NCBI GenBank assembly: GCA_023515725.1
Contig: JALDTO010000213.1
Span: 62,001-126,000, forward strand
Direction of reading: 5' to 3'
DNA length: 64,000 bases
Origin: Amoeboaphelidium protococcarum X5
Lineage: Eukaryota; Fungi; Aphelidiomycota
Shown here: positions 43,456-56,754 of the stretch, in pieces
Layout: each line of letters opens with the position of its first letter
Position numbering within the stretch: position 1 is the stretch's first letter
Program-made: the position numbers and the translations under genes
Notes under the pieces: model-generated
The model's input: only the letters and a program-made list of their open reading frames with translations
What the model was told of the DNA's origin: nothing
Database searches by the model: none

Positions 43456-45846
43456 TCATTACTGTCTCAATTTTGATGCCAAAAGCATTCCCAGCGATAC
43501 TGCGCCAACTATGACTCCAGTTGCACCAACGTAGAATCCCAATTGACTATTCTTGCTAGTGGCTTATAATGTCCTTTGATGTTGACCACTTAATGCACTT
43601 GCTTTCAAAGATAACAAGTTAGCGACATCATCTTCATCGTCACTGTGATTATAGATAAGACTCTTACTTCTAGTAGACTGCGCGCCTGTATCGTCATAAT
43701 TAGTCACAATCTTAATTTCCTTAGTGCTGAGATTCTCGATCAGTATAGACAGACCGACAGTAAGTCTTGTCCAATTCAGTCTCTGCGCAGTGAGACACGC
43801 ACTTTGCAGATCCTCCTGGCTTTTTAAGCGTATAAAATCATCCTCATCATCTTTATATAGAATTGACATGTGATGCACCAAATTATTACTGTTCTTCGTC
43901 GCTGATCCCTTCTAAGGCACTAATTTCCATCCCTCATACAATTCCGTTTCTTTATTACCCGCCTCCTTCTTCATAGCTTAGTACTCTTGATCTGTGATAT
44001 GCTGACAATTTATAACTTGGCAAATCTTCTCCACCAGCAACTAGAGACAATCTTCCTATTTCTAAGAATCTGCATCACCATCCGCACCCGACAAAATATA
44101 TCTGGAGGTAAACTTGTGGACATGCCTAGCTTTAGAAAGAGGATCCTTCACCTTGAAGACAAAACTGTCAACTTGCTGGTTAGCAGGCACCACTGTACTC
44201 TAAGAACCAGTCAATGAAGGATTAACTCTTTCATGCACAATTTCTTCGGAGGCAGTGGATCTGGTGACTGAAGAACTATTATAATTCTATTGACCACTAT
44301 GTAACTGCTAATGAGCCGCTTCCATCTCCTCAGCAGTGGATTCCCAAAACTTGGACCACATTGGACCAGGCGCGTCTTCATCTGCTATACGATTCTCTTG
44401 ATTCGCATCACCATCACCAACACCACCTGCCGCATCATTGACACTATTAGAGCTCTGCAAATAAATACGTGGACTGGGACGAGCAGCCTACTACTCAATC
44501 AGTCCCTCAATCACACGATATCCCAGGCCGAGGATATCAACTAGACCAGCAATTTCGCTCATATAAACAACAGTTGCATCAGCCTTTGTCTTTCCAGGTA
44601 AGAATTTGACAACAGGCAAGTGCAAATACCTTCCGCGATACATTTTATCCAGTGCATCGTTCACCTTCATATCAACAGTTGCAAAGTCTGGCTAAGGAGT
44701 CATGACACGGATGACCGAGGTGGTACTAGGGTCCATCGTACCGGTGGCAAGAACTCTCAGCACTATATCTTTGGTCGTGAATATGCCCTGCATCACCTAC
44801 TCAGGACTTACAGAGTAAATCAACACAGCCGTCTATCGGTACCGTCTCATTACTTCTGCAGCTTCACGAACACTAGTCTTAACATTAACGCATGGGACGC
44901 GGTATCTATCAGCCGTGTTACTAGTACTAGGATTACTTTTCACATCCATGCTCACATCCACCACGGATTTATGATCTCTGAAGGTACCGACAACATCCGC
45001 CAGATCCGGCTCTATCATACGATCTTTCATCTCCTTAAACCAGTTCTCAATAGTCTAATCGGCCTGAAAATTGTACCAACTCTTCTAAAATGCCTCAAAA
45101 GCTCCAAGCAATCTTGTCACAGTACCCCAAGAATTATTGATCTTACTCTGAATATGCTGCAGAATCTTGGCAATATCCAACAGGCCAACAATCTTGTGAC
45201 TCTACTCTCCACCATCACCATCACCTGCTCCACCTCCCTTCCTCAGCACGGGTAAATGTCTAAAATGACCTTCAAACATCAAGTTCATCGCATAATCAAC
45301 GTTGGCATCCTCATCCACAAACACTGGATTCTTGGTCATAATGTCTCCAATCTTGGTCTGCTGTGGATCTAAACCTTCGGCAACTAGTCTGAAAGCAATA
45401 TCCTTGTCAGTGACTATGCCACACAGCTCATGACTATTCCCAACCTTCTGAGTGACCAGAACGGCATCAATGTGATGACCAGCCATTGCCCGACACACGT
45501 CACGGACACTTGTTGCATCATTCACAATCACCGGACTGGATGGCATCATCTAAGCGACAGTACCCGGTTTTGCAGATGCAAGAGGAGTAGTGTTACTGGA
45601 TGAACTTCTACCCGCACCGATCTATTACTAAGAAGACTAATGACGACCATACTTGGATGGAGTCGTGGTCGTGATCACTGGAGAGGATGGTGCATACTTT
45701 TTCCTAATTTACTGGTCTCTGTTCCTACTACGCAACTTTAACTTACTCTATTACTAAGCACCGTCTTACTCAGGAGATCGAGGCTATTAAGAAGAAGAAG
45801 AAGAAGACTACTACTACTAATTACTATCCATACGAGCAGACAACAT
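43456..45846 (-). CDS. CBS-domain plus PB1-domain tail-anchored protein (Mug70/CBSCBSPB-like), 796 aa
   Basis: PGTV; LCGIVTDKDIAFRLVAEGLDP; GHFRHLPV; GIFTTKDIVLRVLA; PB1 ILYKDDEDDFIRLKSQEDL; C-terminal TM; ends in TAA-TGA. Confidence 0.9.
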
Positions 45847-46238
45847 GAGTGTTGTTCTATATAATTTTGACTCCAATACGGCACTCTGTAACAGCAACAG
45901 TCGTCTCGATAAGGAATGAACAATGCGGAAGGAGGAAAGAAACAGCCGAGCTTTGCCGAAACTAGAAAGGAAAAGGGGCGACGAGAGAGCGAGACGAGTC
46001 GAGTCGAAACAACAACTCAAATGGTCAGCTAAGGACAACGATAGTCTTTGAACAATCTCGATAGAAAGCTTCAAGTGTGTGAAGCGCGAATAACAATACC
46101 AGTTTCTCATAAGAAGAGCTGCGATATTGATTTATACGAACGTCTTTGAAGACCGCAATGTTAACGTATGGCAACTACTATATAGATAGTAGAGCAAACA
46201 AAAAATGCAGTAAAAACAAAACAATCCGATTAAAAATG

Positions 46239-47633
46239 TCAAAGTTTATTTTCCAATTTCAAGTACTGAGTCCATCTGAGTTGCGCATAGTTTTAGTAAT
46301 CAAAGTCGATATCAGAGAGCTGGGACTGGACAAGCGCCCATACACACCAGTAGAGATGAGAGACGCGTTAGTAATGATCCACCTGTTCCATCAACTAAAT
46401 CACATCTTGATCAGATATCGATGCTGTCGGCTAGTCTTGAAATGTAGCGAGATACTCTTTAAGCCACTCCTACTAGAATTAAGCTGATGGGTACCGAGAG
46501 TAATCACACTTAAATCCGGCAAACTCATTAAAGTGATTAGCGATATCAAACGCAGCATATGACCAAGATCCATACTCATAATCGATAAATCTAATTTACT
46601 ACTAATCAGTCAGAATGATGTTAGCGGAAAGAAGATCATTATGACAAAATACAACGTTACCACCGATATTCTTTGATCTCTGCGCATCAATCTCCATTTA
46701 CAACTGCTTTATATTAATCCCGTTAATCTATTCCAGGCACTCAATCTGATCAAACCATTACTCAACAGTATTCCATAAGCAAGGGAGAGGACCATTCTTA
46801 TTACAACCGCTCATCTAACTATTAGCAGGAGATAGAGGAATTTAACCATTCCGAGATCTAGGCGAAGGTGATCCATCCAACTTGAAAGCTTCCAGTTCGT
46901 GAACATATTCAAATAACTAATCTCTAGCCGTAGGTATTGGCACTTTAACTCGCCGATGCCAATCGCCTAATGCTCTAGCAATTAATCTCCAACACTAAAT
47001 ACCAGAATTATGACTCTAATCCTAAGAATCTTGAAATAAATCTCGAGTCTTCAACACTCGTCCATGTGTATATCCATAACAGAAGCCATTTAGAAAACGA
47101 CCATATAAAGGCGGTGCTAAATCAATCTTCTCCAAAGTGAACATTGTCATCAACTCTGAATCTCTATCGATCAGTGAGGATGTACCATGGCCGTAAATTC
47201 TAATAAGGACAACAAGCGAATCTTCTCTATCGCAGTCCGCAATAGTGACCTTGAGTAGTTTATTTGTAATACCATCTGTACACAATTCAATATTCACAGT
47301 CTCTTCACTGATATTGTACTATGAACCAAATACTTTGCGCAGAAATTTAAATATCCCCTTGTGTGATTGTGCATCCAAGTCCATCTAGATATATGGCTTC
47401 ATATTCAATTCCTACAATGCAAGAAAATAGTCAGACTTCTTCATAGAGTATCCATTCTAAAGCATATCCGAGGCATTGAGAGAGGTGGACCGCTTCAACT
47501 ACTGCATGGACAATGGCGCAGAGGGGAGAAGTACCGGAGACCAAGTCTTGAGAGAGTAATTCCTAAATCGCTTGGGATTGAAATCCTCCGCCGATGGCTA
47601 TTAATTCTCTATATTATTCGATCCATGCATCAT
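46239..47633 (-). CDS. Ethanolamine/choline kinase, 464 aa
   Basis: DGITNKL; LIRIYGHGTSSLIDRDSE; LAPPLYGRFLNG; VFCHNDLLSANII; FIDYEY..AFDIANHFNEFAG; SDIDFDY. Confidence 0.93.
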
Positions 47634-48154
47634 TCAGAATATAATATTATCCTCTTTAATATCCTCTTTTATAAATCAGCAAGTGAAATGTGTACTGAAT
47701 ATAAACGATAAAGAAATTGCTGAAAGGGAGGAATGAAATGGCTTTCGTCGAGTCACGGAAACAAGACTTTAAGGAATTCTTTCGTTATCATTATTCCCTG
47801 TTCGTGTCACATCGATCAGTGAAGAATCATTCAATTATCCATCATCACGTGAATTAACAAGAATTTGGATTCAATAGTTTGAAGAGAACAGTTGTATTTA
47901 TATAAAGTCTTCTAGATAGAGTGTAGAGTATCGCTGGCTTTTTGTATCATCATCATTCACCAGAATATTACCATAGTTTGTTTTCAAAGCGCGCTCTGTT
48001 GAAGGAATGTTTCGCGTCGTTGTTTCGTGTCAGAATTTCTTCTCAACTGTCCTTTGACATATCTTTTACACCACAGTACTTATTAGGCAATACTGTAAGT
48101 CTGTTCATTTCCAGCAATAATCTTTAGTCTGTACTTAGAAGCGGGTTGTATATA

Positions 48155-49269
48155 ATGAATGATAATGTCATACACGCTATTGCAGGTATGTTCCGTATAC
48201 AATCCGCATACGATATATCGCATAGTTCACTCGTAAAGCGTAATGTAATGTAGGTGCCGGTGGTGGTATCATTTCGATGGCACTGACTTATCCGCTGATC
48301 ACTGTTGGAACTCGATTGCAGATTTAGTAGAATAAAAAGACGGGTGGGTAGAGTGATGCGAATTAGCAGTATAAAGGCTTGGTGGATGCATTCCAAAAGA
48401 TTGTCAAGCATGAAGGTGTCGCTGGCTTATACAGCGGGATTAACAGTGCCTTGTTTGGCATAGCGTTGACGAATGGTGTGTACTATTACTTTTATGAGTT
48501 TTCCAAGTCCCAGCTGTTGGCCCTGAAAACTACTACCACATCATCATCTTTAAAGAACTTGAGTGTCATGGAGAACCTGCTGGCTGGCACTCTGGCTGGT
48601 TGCCTTACTGTTTTTATTACTAATCCTGTGTGGTTGTTGAACACTAGATAGGCCAGTGGGAAGGGTAATACATCGCTGAGTGAGGATGAGTTGTCCAAAG
48701 CATCTGCTCACGATCAGAGCAATAGCGGTACCATTGCAATGTTGATGCAGATAATTAAGGAGGATGGTCTGCTGTCGCTGTGGCAAGGAGTTGGTCCAGC
48801 GCTGATACTGGTGTCCAATCCTGCCATCTAGTACATGGTGTTTGAGTAGTTGCGGTAGAGAATTGAAAAGACAAAATAGTTGACAGAGGTTGACTTTTTC
48901 ATCCTGGGTGCATTATCGAAACTGGTGGCCACCTTCCTCACCTATCCTTACATTGTTATAAAGAGCAGGATGCAGTTGCGTTAGAAAAAGGTTGCGTCTT
49001 CTGGTGTTAGCTCGTCTAAAAGCACCGCGAACAAAGGCAGTAGTGATACACGACCAAAGTATGCTGATACTTTGAATTCAATCAAGACTGTCTTGAAGGA
49101 GGAGGGTGTTACTGGCTTGTACAAGGGATTGGGTTCTAAATTGACGCAAAGCGTGTTAACTGCTGCCATCTTATTTATGGCCAAGGAGAAGTTGTTTGTG
49201 ATTACCAAGGAAACGGCTCTGTATATTGCATCTTGGATAATGGCTATGGAAAGCAGAAGACAAAAGTGA
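48155..49269 (+). CDS. Peroxisomal adenine-nucleotide/CoA carrier (SLC25A17/PMP47-like); one intron at 48186-48253
   Basis: VIHAIA|GAGGGIISMALTYPL; GVYYYFYE; TNPVWLLNTR; GPALILVSNPAIQY; TYPYIVIKSRMQ; KLTQSVLTAAILF. Confidence 0.9.
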
Positions 49270-49406
49270 TTGTGACTTGATTATTTGCAATTGGAATGTT
49301 ATATCAGTATTATTACTAAATAAACTATACCCTTTAATTCCTCACGATTCACAACTTCACAGGATTCATAATTATCAATGCCTTGGTATGACCAGCAACG
49401 GTGATC

Positions 49407-51374
49407 TCAGGCAACTTCACCTCCAACTTGAACCTTTTACATTTCAGCCTAATTGGGAGTGACTTTAATGTCTTGATATGGACCAGGTTAGGATAGATTG
49501 ACGATATTGCGAGATTTCAACAGCAGCAACTCTAGGAAAAACTTGCAAACATCAGATCTCTTGGCATTGGAGGATATTTGGGACAAGCAGATTCCTTCAG
49601 CACTCTCAGCGGATTGGAACTTTGATTACAACAATTTGATGGTCTTTATAGAGTTTCCGCTTAGCGAGGACTGCTTTTTCAGGGATGAGTCCAGAGTGCT
49701 GCCTTCCATTGCGGCTCTCATCGGGGTACCATTAACGCTATTTCCACCCAAGAGATTTTCTTGATCCCCGGCATCAAATGCAGCTGACAGCATAGATTAA
49801 AAAGGAGATTTATCAACAGCCGGCGAGTAGATTGATATTTCAGCAAGAGGGTAGTTGTTATCATTATCTGGTAACATTTGATTGTCACTCAACATCGGTG
49901 GTTCTTAGATATTGTCATTGAATGAATCAATAGCCATTTGATCAGGTAGATTATCTGATTCTTGGGCTCTTACAGACGGTACACGATGATTATCCACTTC
50001 AGACACGACTGGGTCGGCATTCATATCATCAGGTTACAGAGGAGGAAGACGTGACTAACGAGGATCAAAATATTTCTAACCAAAAAACATCTTCTCATCT
50101 TGCTGAGCTTTCAAAGCTGCATAAGATTTGCCGACTGAAATAGGAGTTAAATTGATAGCCCAATGACCCTTTTTGCAAATATTAGAAGTATCTTTCAACT
50201 GACGAGCAATTTCGGAATTAGACAACTCAAGTACATTGTCTAGACCTATTGTTTTATTCTTGCGGCGAGCCTATTACTTTGCAGCAACGGTCTTCTTCAA
50301 CTTTTTAGAAGATGGAGGCTTTAATTGACTTTCCAGATTCTCATTGCCTATCACTTGTCCAGCGGGCTGATCGCTGTCAACGTTATTAAAGGAACGCCCT
50401 TGCATGGAAGGAGTAGGAGGAAGGGACATTGATATCTCTTTTAACAAAGGATTTTCTTCAATAGTGTCCAAATTCATAGATATTTGGGCATCATCATGCA
50501 CCATAGGAGCAAAATTACTCATACTGCCTATCGAAAACTTGCGAACAGACTCCATATCAATTACACTTCCAAGGCCGCCACCGAGACCAAAACTGAATCT
50601 AGACATTGACTGGTCGGCTTGAAAATCACCAATTCTTGATTAATCTCTTCTAACAGTCTCAACTTCGTTGAATGATTCATTTCCCAGAGGACCACCAAAA
50701 TTGGATATAGATACGGCAGATCTCTGAACCGTGGATAGAGGACCGGTCATCTGATTGAACTCTGGAATCAAATCAGTCCCAAAATTCAGGTTTGAAAATA
50801 AATTACCAGAAAGACTAAAGTCATAATTCTCTCTCAGCGTGATATCATCCAGGCGGGCAGTTTTGTTGGTGGATGGAGCCTTGAATGGAGCATTTGACTG
50901 ACGACGAGGAGTGGAGATAGAAAGCATACTAGAGTTGGCATCAACCGTAAATTGACCAAAATCAATACCTTCATCTTCTGGTCTGTTCATAAATTAATTT
51001 CTTCTAACTCCAAAATGAATTACAGGATCCGTTTCAGCATGAAGTGTAATGGCATTTCTTGGAGCCATTGCCTATTCGTCAGGCAGTTCAACATTAGAAG
51101 GTTTGAATACCATTTTAATCTTGACCAAAGCTTCATTACAGTCTTCCAGCAGGTATCGAGTCTTTCTAGAGTATATGCGGACCACACCCAGCAGCAATTG
51201 CCCAGACAGTCTCAGTGCAATGATGGACGCGTCTCCTTCCAAAATGTCATCCACAGAATCCTTGATATTGGTCTGGTAGATTTGAGCCTTGGACAACTTC
51301 TTATCCAAGTGAGCAGCCAGCCAAACCTTTGCCAGAGCACCCTTTTTAGCCAAAATTTAATCGTTATAGAACAT
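49407..51374 (-). CDS. RAD21: Cohesin kleisin Rad21/Scc1, 655 aa
   Basis: MFYNDQILAKKGALAKVWLAAH; ALRLSGQLLLGVVRIYSRKTRYLLEDC; C-terminal winged helix FFLELLLLKS...QPGPYQDI. Confidence 0.95.
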
Positions 51375-51975
51375 TTAGAATGTTGTTGAGACGAATATGC
51401 AAGGTAGAAAGACGGAGAGTGGAAAGATAGTGAGACGAAAGGAAGGCGGTTGAAACGAAGAATAAAGAATGTGAAACAAGATTCCATCTTAGTGACGTAA
51501 CAGTTTCAAGCGAAAACAGTAAACAGAATACTCTTCGGAGTATGAAGTTGAAACTTTTCTATGACTTATATGTAAAGAAATGTTGTAGTCTTTTATCATT
51601 AATGCTATCCTCACTCATTGTACATTTAGACCCACGCGAATTGCCAACAGGAGATAGTTCCAAATCGGGTGATTAAAGATTAGATTGACTGCAAATGAAT
51701 GAGTTGTCCTGCAACTTTACAGCCAAATTGACACATACAGTTTGACGCGTGGCTATAAAGATATAGAGTTATTATATTTGCTTCCTGACGCGTTTTAGCT
51801 GCATCTGATCCGAGTAATCTGGAGATAACAACCGCGCATAAGATCCGAAATAGGAGAGAGATTAAAATCATTCGAACAAACTTGTTCTGGTGTTGATTAG
51901 GACTCATGCAAGTAACTAGACTCAGTATCAAGCTCATATTTCTCCCAGAAATGGCTTCAAAAATAAAAATTTGCG

Positions 51976-51980
51976 AAAAA
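51976..51980 (-). terminator. Pol III oligo-T terminator of the tRNA-Glu gene
   Basis: TTTTT on the minus strand, 3 nt after the discriminator base. Confidence 0.75.
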
Positions 51981-51983
51981 TAA

Positions 51984-52055
51984 CTCCCAATCGGAGAATC
52001 GAACTCCGGCCACTTCGGTGAGAGCGAAGGATCCTAACCACTGGACCAATTGGGT
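51984..52055 (-). tRNA. tRNA-Glu(CTC), 72 nt, intronless, with an A1:A72 mismatch
   Basis: The reverse complement folds into a cloverleaf: ACCCAAT-TG-GTCC-AGTGGTTA-GGAT-C-CTTCG-CT[CTC]AC-CGAAG-TGGC-CGGAG-TTCGATT-CTCCG-ATTGGGA-G. A and B boxes are intact. Confidence 0.95.
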
Positions 52056-52087
52056 GAAAGTAAAATTTAGGACAGACTATATACACA

Positions 52088-54050
52088 ATGGCAGCAGACG
52101 GGAAGAGATTTTGGGATTTGTAAAAAAATGTAACCGAGTTAACCAATGTAATTGTTCTCAAACAGGAAGAAATTCATTATTCATCCAAACTAGAGGTTGT
52201 TCGTCAAGATCAATATAGAGGATGACTAGCAAAACGGATCTTAGGCTCCAAACTCTAAACATAGACTAAACTTGGCATATCACTGTGCATTACAACAGAT
52301 GTTCGACTGTTAATCTATTGTTTCTAACGAGAATTATTATTACGAGGTACAATTTGCCTTATTTTAGACAAACATCTTGTGAGAAGGTGCATCTAGTATT
52401 ATCGCATGCAATAGACTTCAATTAATCAGCCTTGATCAATATCACTATACCCGGACTAAGAGTCAAACAGAGACACCAACGGAATACAAGGAGATAAATA
52501 CTAAACCGGTATGTCCTCATGGCCGTGTATGCCAAAAGATGGCTGAGAAGCAAGAGCTGATGGTTATGCTAAGGAGGAATTACAATCTGGACTATGGTTT
52601 GAGTATTTCCACAAAAATTACTGCAGACTCTACAGCCCAATTCATCAATCAACTTTTGATTTAATTATCAGCGTACAGAAATAAAACTTAATCAAATATC
52701 TCTCGGACAATTCTGTATCAGTATCGTACAGTTTCTTCTGACGGTCAAACATCTTGTATACCCAACGCATTTCTCCATTAAAAACAACTTATTGCCTCGC
52801 AATAATAGCTCCAAATACACTTGACTCTTTCTGCTGCCAGAAGATGCCGCAGTCACAATATACATATATTATCAGATTCCATTCTGCTTCCATATTTGAT
52901 ATCCAATGCATTAAGCTTGGCATGATTGCTAATTTGAAGACAATACGAATGTAAGTAGTGAAGGAACCAGCATTTCAGGTTTCACATTCATCTACTTGCT
53001 TACGGAGAGTACCAATTTAATAAAAAGATTCTAAAAATATAAAAAAGTTTTCCCATCTACTGAATCTTTTGCTATTGAAATTCTCCGAAGTCACAATTAC
53101 AGTCGCGTATTAACTCAAGACGCGACAAAATTCCACCAATGGTGCTTGCCGCACAGAACACTGAATCTGCCAAAACCAAAAACCAGTATAGCCAAAAAAT
53201 ACAACAAATCTATCAGAGTGATTCTTGTTCGATTGCAGCACTCATCTTTATGTAGTATGACTTTGGCTACGTGAAGCTGGAGCACTTCTAAAATCACGAG
53301 GAAATCGGCTTCCAGAAATCATACAAATGATCCTGAGAACCCTCCAGCATCACCAGCTTATCTGTCGAGGCAGCTTACAACAGATCTTTGACAGTCTGCT
53401 TGTCGGACTAGTCAGGTGCCGACTTACTTAAATATTCATCCTTTATTTGGTGAGCCACCTCGTTGATACTTAAGTTTAAATTGGAGTAAAGAGTATTCAG
53501 CAGCTCTTTCATTTCAATATTATCCTGATAAATCTGGTACAGCATTTAACTGAACCACCTAGGATGAAATCTTTGAGGGCTGAAATCCTCATATAAAACG
53601 CATGCTCCTTGAACAGATTATACTATACTGCCTAGAATATATCACGCGCCTAAATGTAGGTGACCATCCTTTTAAGACTATTCACCTCATCAGTTAGACT
53701 TTCCACCTCATTTACCAAATCATTCACCTTATTCCTTATATTACTCCCCTAATTTCTCTCGTCATTCATACTTTTCACGTCATTTCTTGTTGAATTATGT
53801 CCTTGAAGTGCAACAGTGAGATATTATGCTTTTGTCTATCATCCAAGGATCAAAAGTCAAAGAGTGTGGCGTATTTATTCTTGTGAAAAAAACATTTCAA
53901 GCTTGGGTTAAGGACAGACGGTCTGCACATTACTTCGAACATTCCTTACATTACGTAGCTCACTGGCTAATTAATCGATTCTGATAGCGTTCATGTTAAT
54001 TTTGTTCAAACTATTTAGAATAGGAGAAACAGTGTAAACAGAAAATGAAA
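52088..54050 (+). mobile_element. Heavily decayed relic of a cysteine-cluster/KDZ (Kyakuja-Dileera-Zisupton)-type transposase
   Basis: About 2 kb with no intact ORF even in code 6. Fragments in different frames occur in KDZ order: CPHGRVC (52512), DSFCCQ/CRSHNIHILSDSILL (52823, like FxCxxC...VIxDG), and C-E-K/KHFKLGLRTDGLHI (53882, like CxK...TGG). No terminal repeats found. Confidence 0.4.
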
Positions 54051-54205
54051 TCTTTAGAGCGTGATCCGGTTTGTCCCAGATCTCATTTGGTTGGGCAGAT
54101 AAACAAGCAAAGCAGCATTGAACGATAGGGCAAAATTACGTCGCTAATGTAAGGCCAAAGTTTAAAAATGGCGAATAACTTCAATCAGTCAAACTTTATT
54201 ATCGA

Positions 54206-56056
54206 TCATTTCCATTATATTCCAGGACGCAGAGGCTGAGACATTCCACCCGCACCATAAGACATTCTGCCACCACGATGTCCAGGCATGTGCATCGGCA
54301 AATGACCGCTGGGAGGCTTAGGAATCTCCAACTAAATGTTACCTTGAGAAGTTTCACGCTCTGCAATTAAAGAGTCGACTTGAGCCACCGAACAATCTTC
54401 GCTTCGAAAAGCTATTTTCTAACCAGAAGCTTTAATCAAAAGCATACACAGCTGCTACCGAATACTCGTCAATAGATATAGTTCATCTCCAGAAATGTCC
54501 TTACCAGCAGAGATACTAACATTATTACGCTTTCTGCCACTTAATAAACTCTACGTAGAGTAGTATTAATCCTCACTGCATCTTATAGAATCTAATCTTT
54601 ACAAATAGCAGTGCATGGCTTATCGCAGCTTTTACGACAAATCCCCAAGCTACTAGTTTATATCTGAATCCTTAGACTCCAGCTCTCTGACTAGAATTAT
54701 AATTTCCGTATCAATGTCAATGCCAGCACTCTTGGCAATGGCGTGTAAATCATCTCCTGCAACTTTGACATTGGCCACTTTACCTTCTTTAACCAGATCT
54801 TCAAACCTCTACTCTCCCACAACGTCCACCAAGCTTGTCTGAGTTTCAACAGTAGATTAATTCGACTTTTGTCTAGCTGATTTCAAGTGTTAATAACGCC
54901 GGTTCAACATGTCCTAATCAGCCATTAATCCGACCAAATCATCCTAACTACATTTTATAAACGGATAGTATGAGCCAAAACTTAGCGCAGAATCATATTG
55001 CGGACACAGTGAGTTGGACGACTCTAAATCAGGTATTGGTATTGGCTTTGCAAGATCCACGCAGCGAAGAGTGCTAGAAGTCCTGGATTAAATAGGAGGA
55101 CAAATATCACCAAGTGTTAGAGATTTCCCATTTTTAGGCATTTAACGATTCTTCTGTCTAATTTAAACCAGAGACACAGATTTGGTGGTAAATCCAACAG
55201 GTACTTGATCATCTTAATAAGAAGAACTAAAGTAAGGCTTCCCATTGATCATCTTTTTAAATGCAAACTTGGCATCCCGCACAGTCTAAGTCTTGATTCC
55301 TAAATCCTCCTCAATTGAAGGCCTTCTATCTTCAGTCACCGACTCAGGCTTACCATCATCGCCAGTATTATTATTACCTCCACTACTAGTGCCGTTGTTA
55401 TTATTCATATTCGAAATCAACGTATTCCCATGAGTGCTCCCCAAAGTGCTCAATCGCTCTTTAGCTTTGGATGCAGCACGTCGACTCTTGCGACCAGAAA
55501 TCAAATCACCATCCATATCCTCATCCTCAACATCCTCATTGTCCTAATCACCATTGTTGTTGTTATTATTACTACTACCAGCTTTGGATCTTTCAATACT
55601 GTCAGCTTTACGAACAAGCTCCATCATGTCTTCATACTCTGCATTGTCAATTAAATACTTTCTCCACTTGCTCTTGAACTGGTCATCCATAAGATCCACC
55701 AATTCAAACAAAGTAGTTGTTGACGAATCCTCCACCACGGTATTACTCTCATTAGCTAGCAGACGGTACAATTCCAATAACTTTGCAGGTGCAGGCAAGA
55801 CTTCCAGTGCAGCTTACTCTTCCTCTCGTGCCTTCTCCGCAGCTATAATATCACTCTTCTTTGGGCGCCCTCTCTTTCTGACTACAACAGGTGCATCATG
55901 TTGTTGTGGAGATGCTGTTACCTCATCCTCATTAGTCTAATCAGCAGTATTGATTTCCTCCACACTTTCCGCATCTTACTCAGTCTATTCAGGCAATGGT
56001 TCAGAGATAGAATCAACTTATGGCTACGGAGTGCCACTCTATCTACTTCTTTTCAT
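54206..56056 (-). CDS. AT-hook nuclear protein resembling the Rsc58/BRD7-9 C-terminal region (chromatin-remodeller subunit), 616 aa
   Basis: Open frame; AT-hook RKRGRPKK; TLGDICPP; SLCPQYDS (like SFAPxYDS); helical LQRL...ISGDELYLLTSIRQQL. The CDS is solid, the identity tentative. Confidence 0.5.
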
Positions 56057-56754
56057 TTAAAATGTTAATTATTTCTAGTGGATTCTAATGTACGCTCCCA
56101 AATTGGATTATTAGAGCAACACAACAGGTCGTTTGTACTGTATAAGAAGAAGAAAGATGAGGAACGAAAGGGAGGAAAGAAAGCACGAAAATGATTTGTC
56201 GTCGTATGTAAATGTTGTTCCATCGCGCGTCCTGTGCTGTTTCGCCCCAAGTACAGTCGTAATTGCACGGCAAGAGGATTCACATCACATAAAAATCTCA
56301 TTGTTTATACAGTAGATTTTTGCATTTATATCTGGTGTTTTGTAGCCTGTACTTATTAAATTGATGATTGTAAAAAGTGGGAACTCTCCATGAACAGGTC
56401 GTTTTAATTTGTTTCTGAAATGTCTAGTCTTCTAAATGAATTTCATTGCTGATATTCAATTAGTTGTCATGTCGCTGGTGGTACTAGTGTTGCTCACGGT
56501 ATTGTAGCAGGTAGTAAAACTGTAACATTCTCTCTACCATACTGTACATTGAAAGACGGAAGACGCGTTTCGCTTTGTCCTTGAACGAGAGCGGGTCTCA
56601 CTCCCTGTTTCTGAACGTTCCGCCCGTTCTTTCTTTACATGTCCCTTTCGTTAAGCGGTTTTCTGTAACAGCACACTGGTCATACTACTTGAGTCAAACT
56701 TCTTACTGCGATTACTAAAAACAGCAGTTATATAACACGAGTGATAAAATTAAA

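Noticed and set aside
44620-45255. 211-aa plus-strand ORF (and similar ORFs at 35636-36184 and 34586-34984)
   Set aside because: Antisense shadows of the CBS-PB1, PRS and glutaredoxin genes, with no protein-like motifs.
52018-52218. 66-aa ORF in the track
   Set aside because: It begins inside the antisense strand of the tRNA-Glu gene and is not a credible CDS.
53102-53126. GTCGCGT-N11-ACGCGAC hairpin as a transposon terminal repeat or RNA gene
   Set aside because: A 7-bp local inverted repeat in the middle of the relic, with no matching ends and no ncRNA features.
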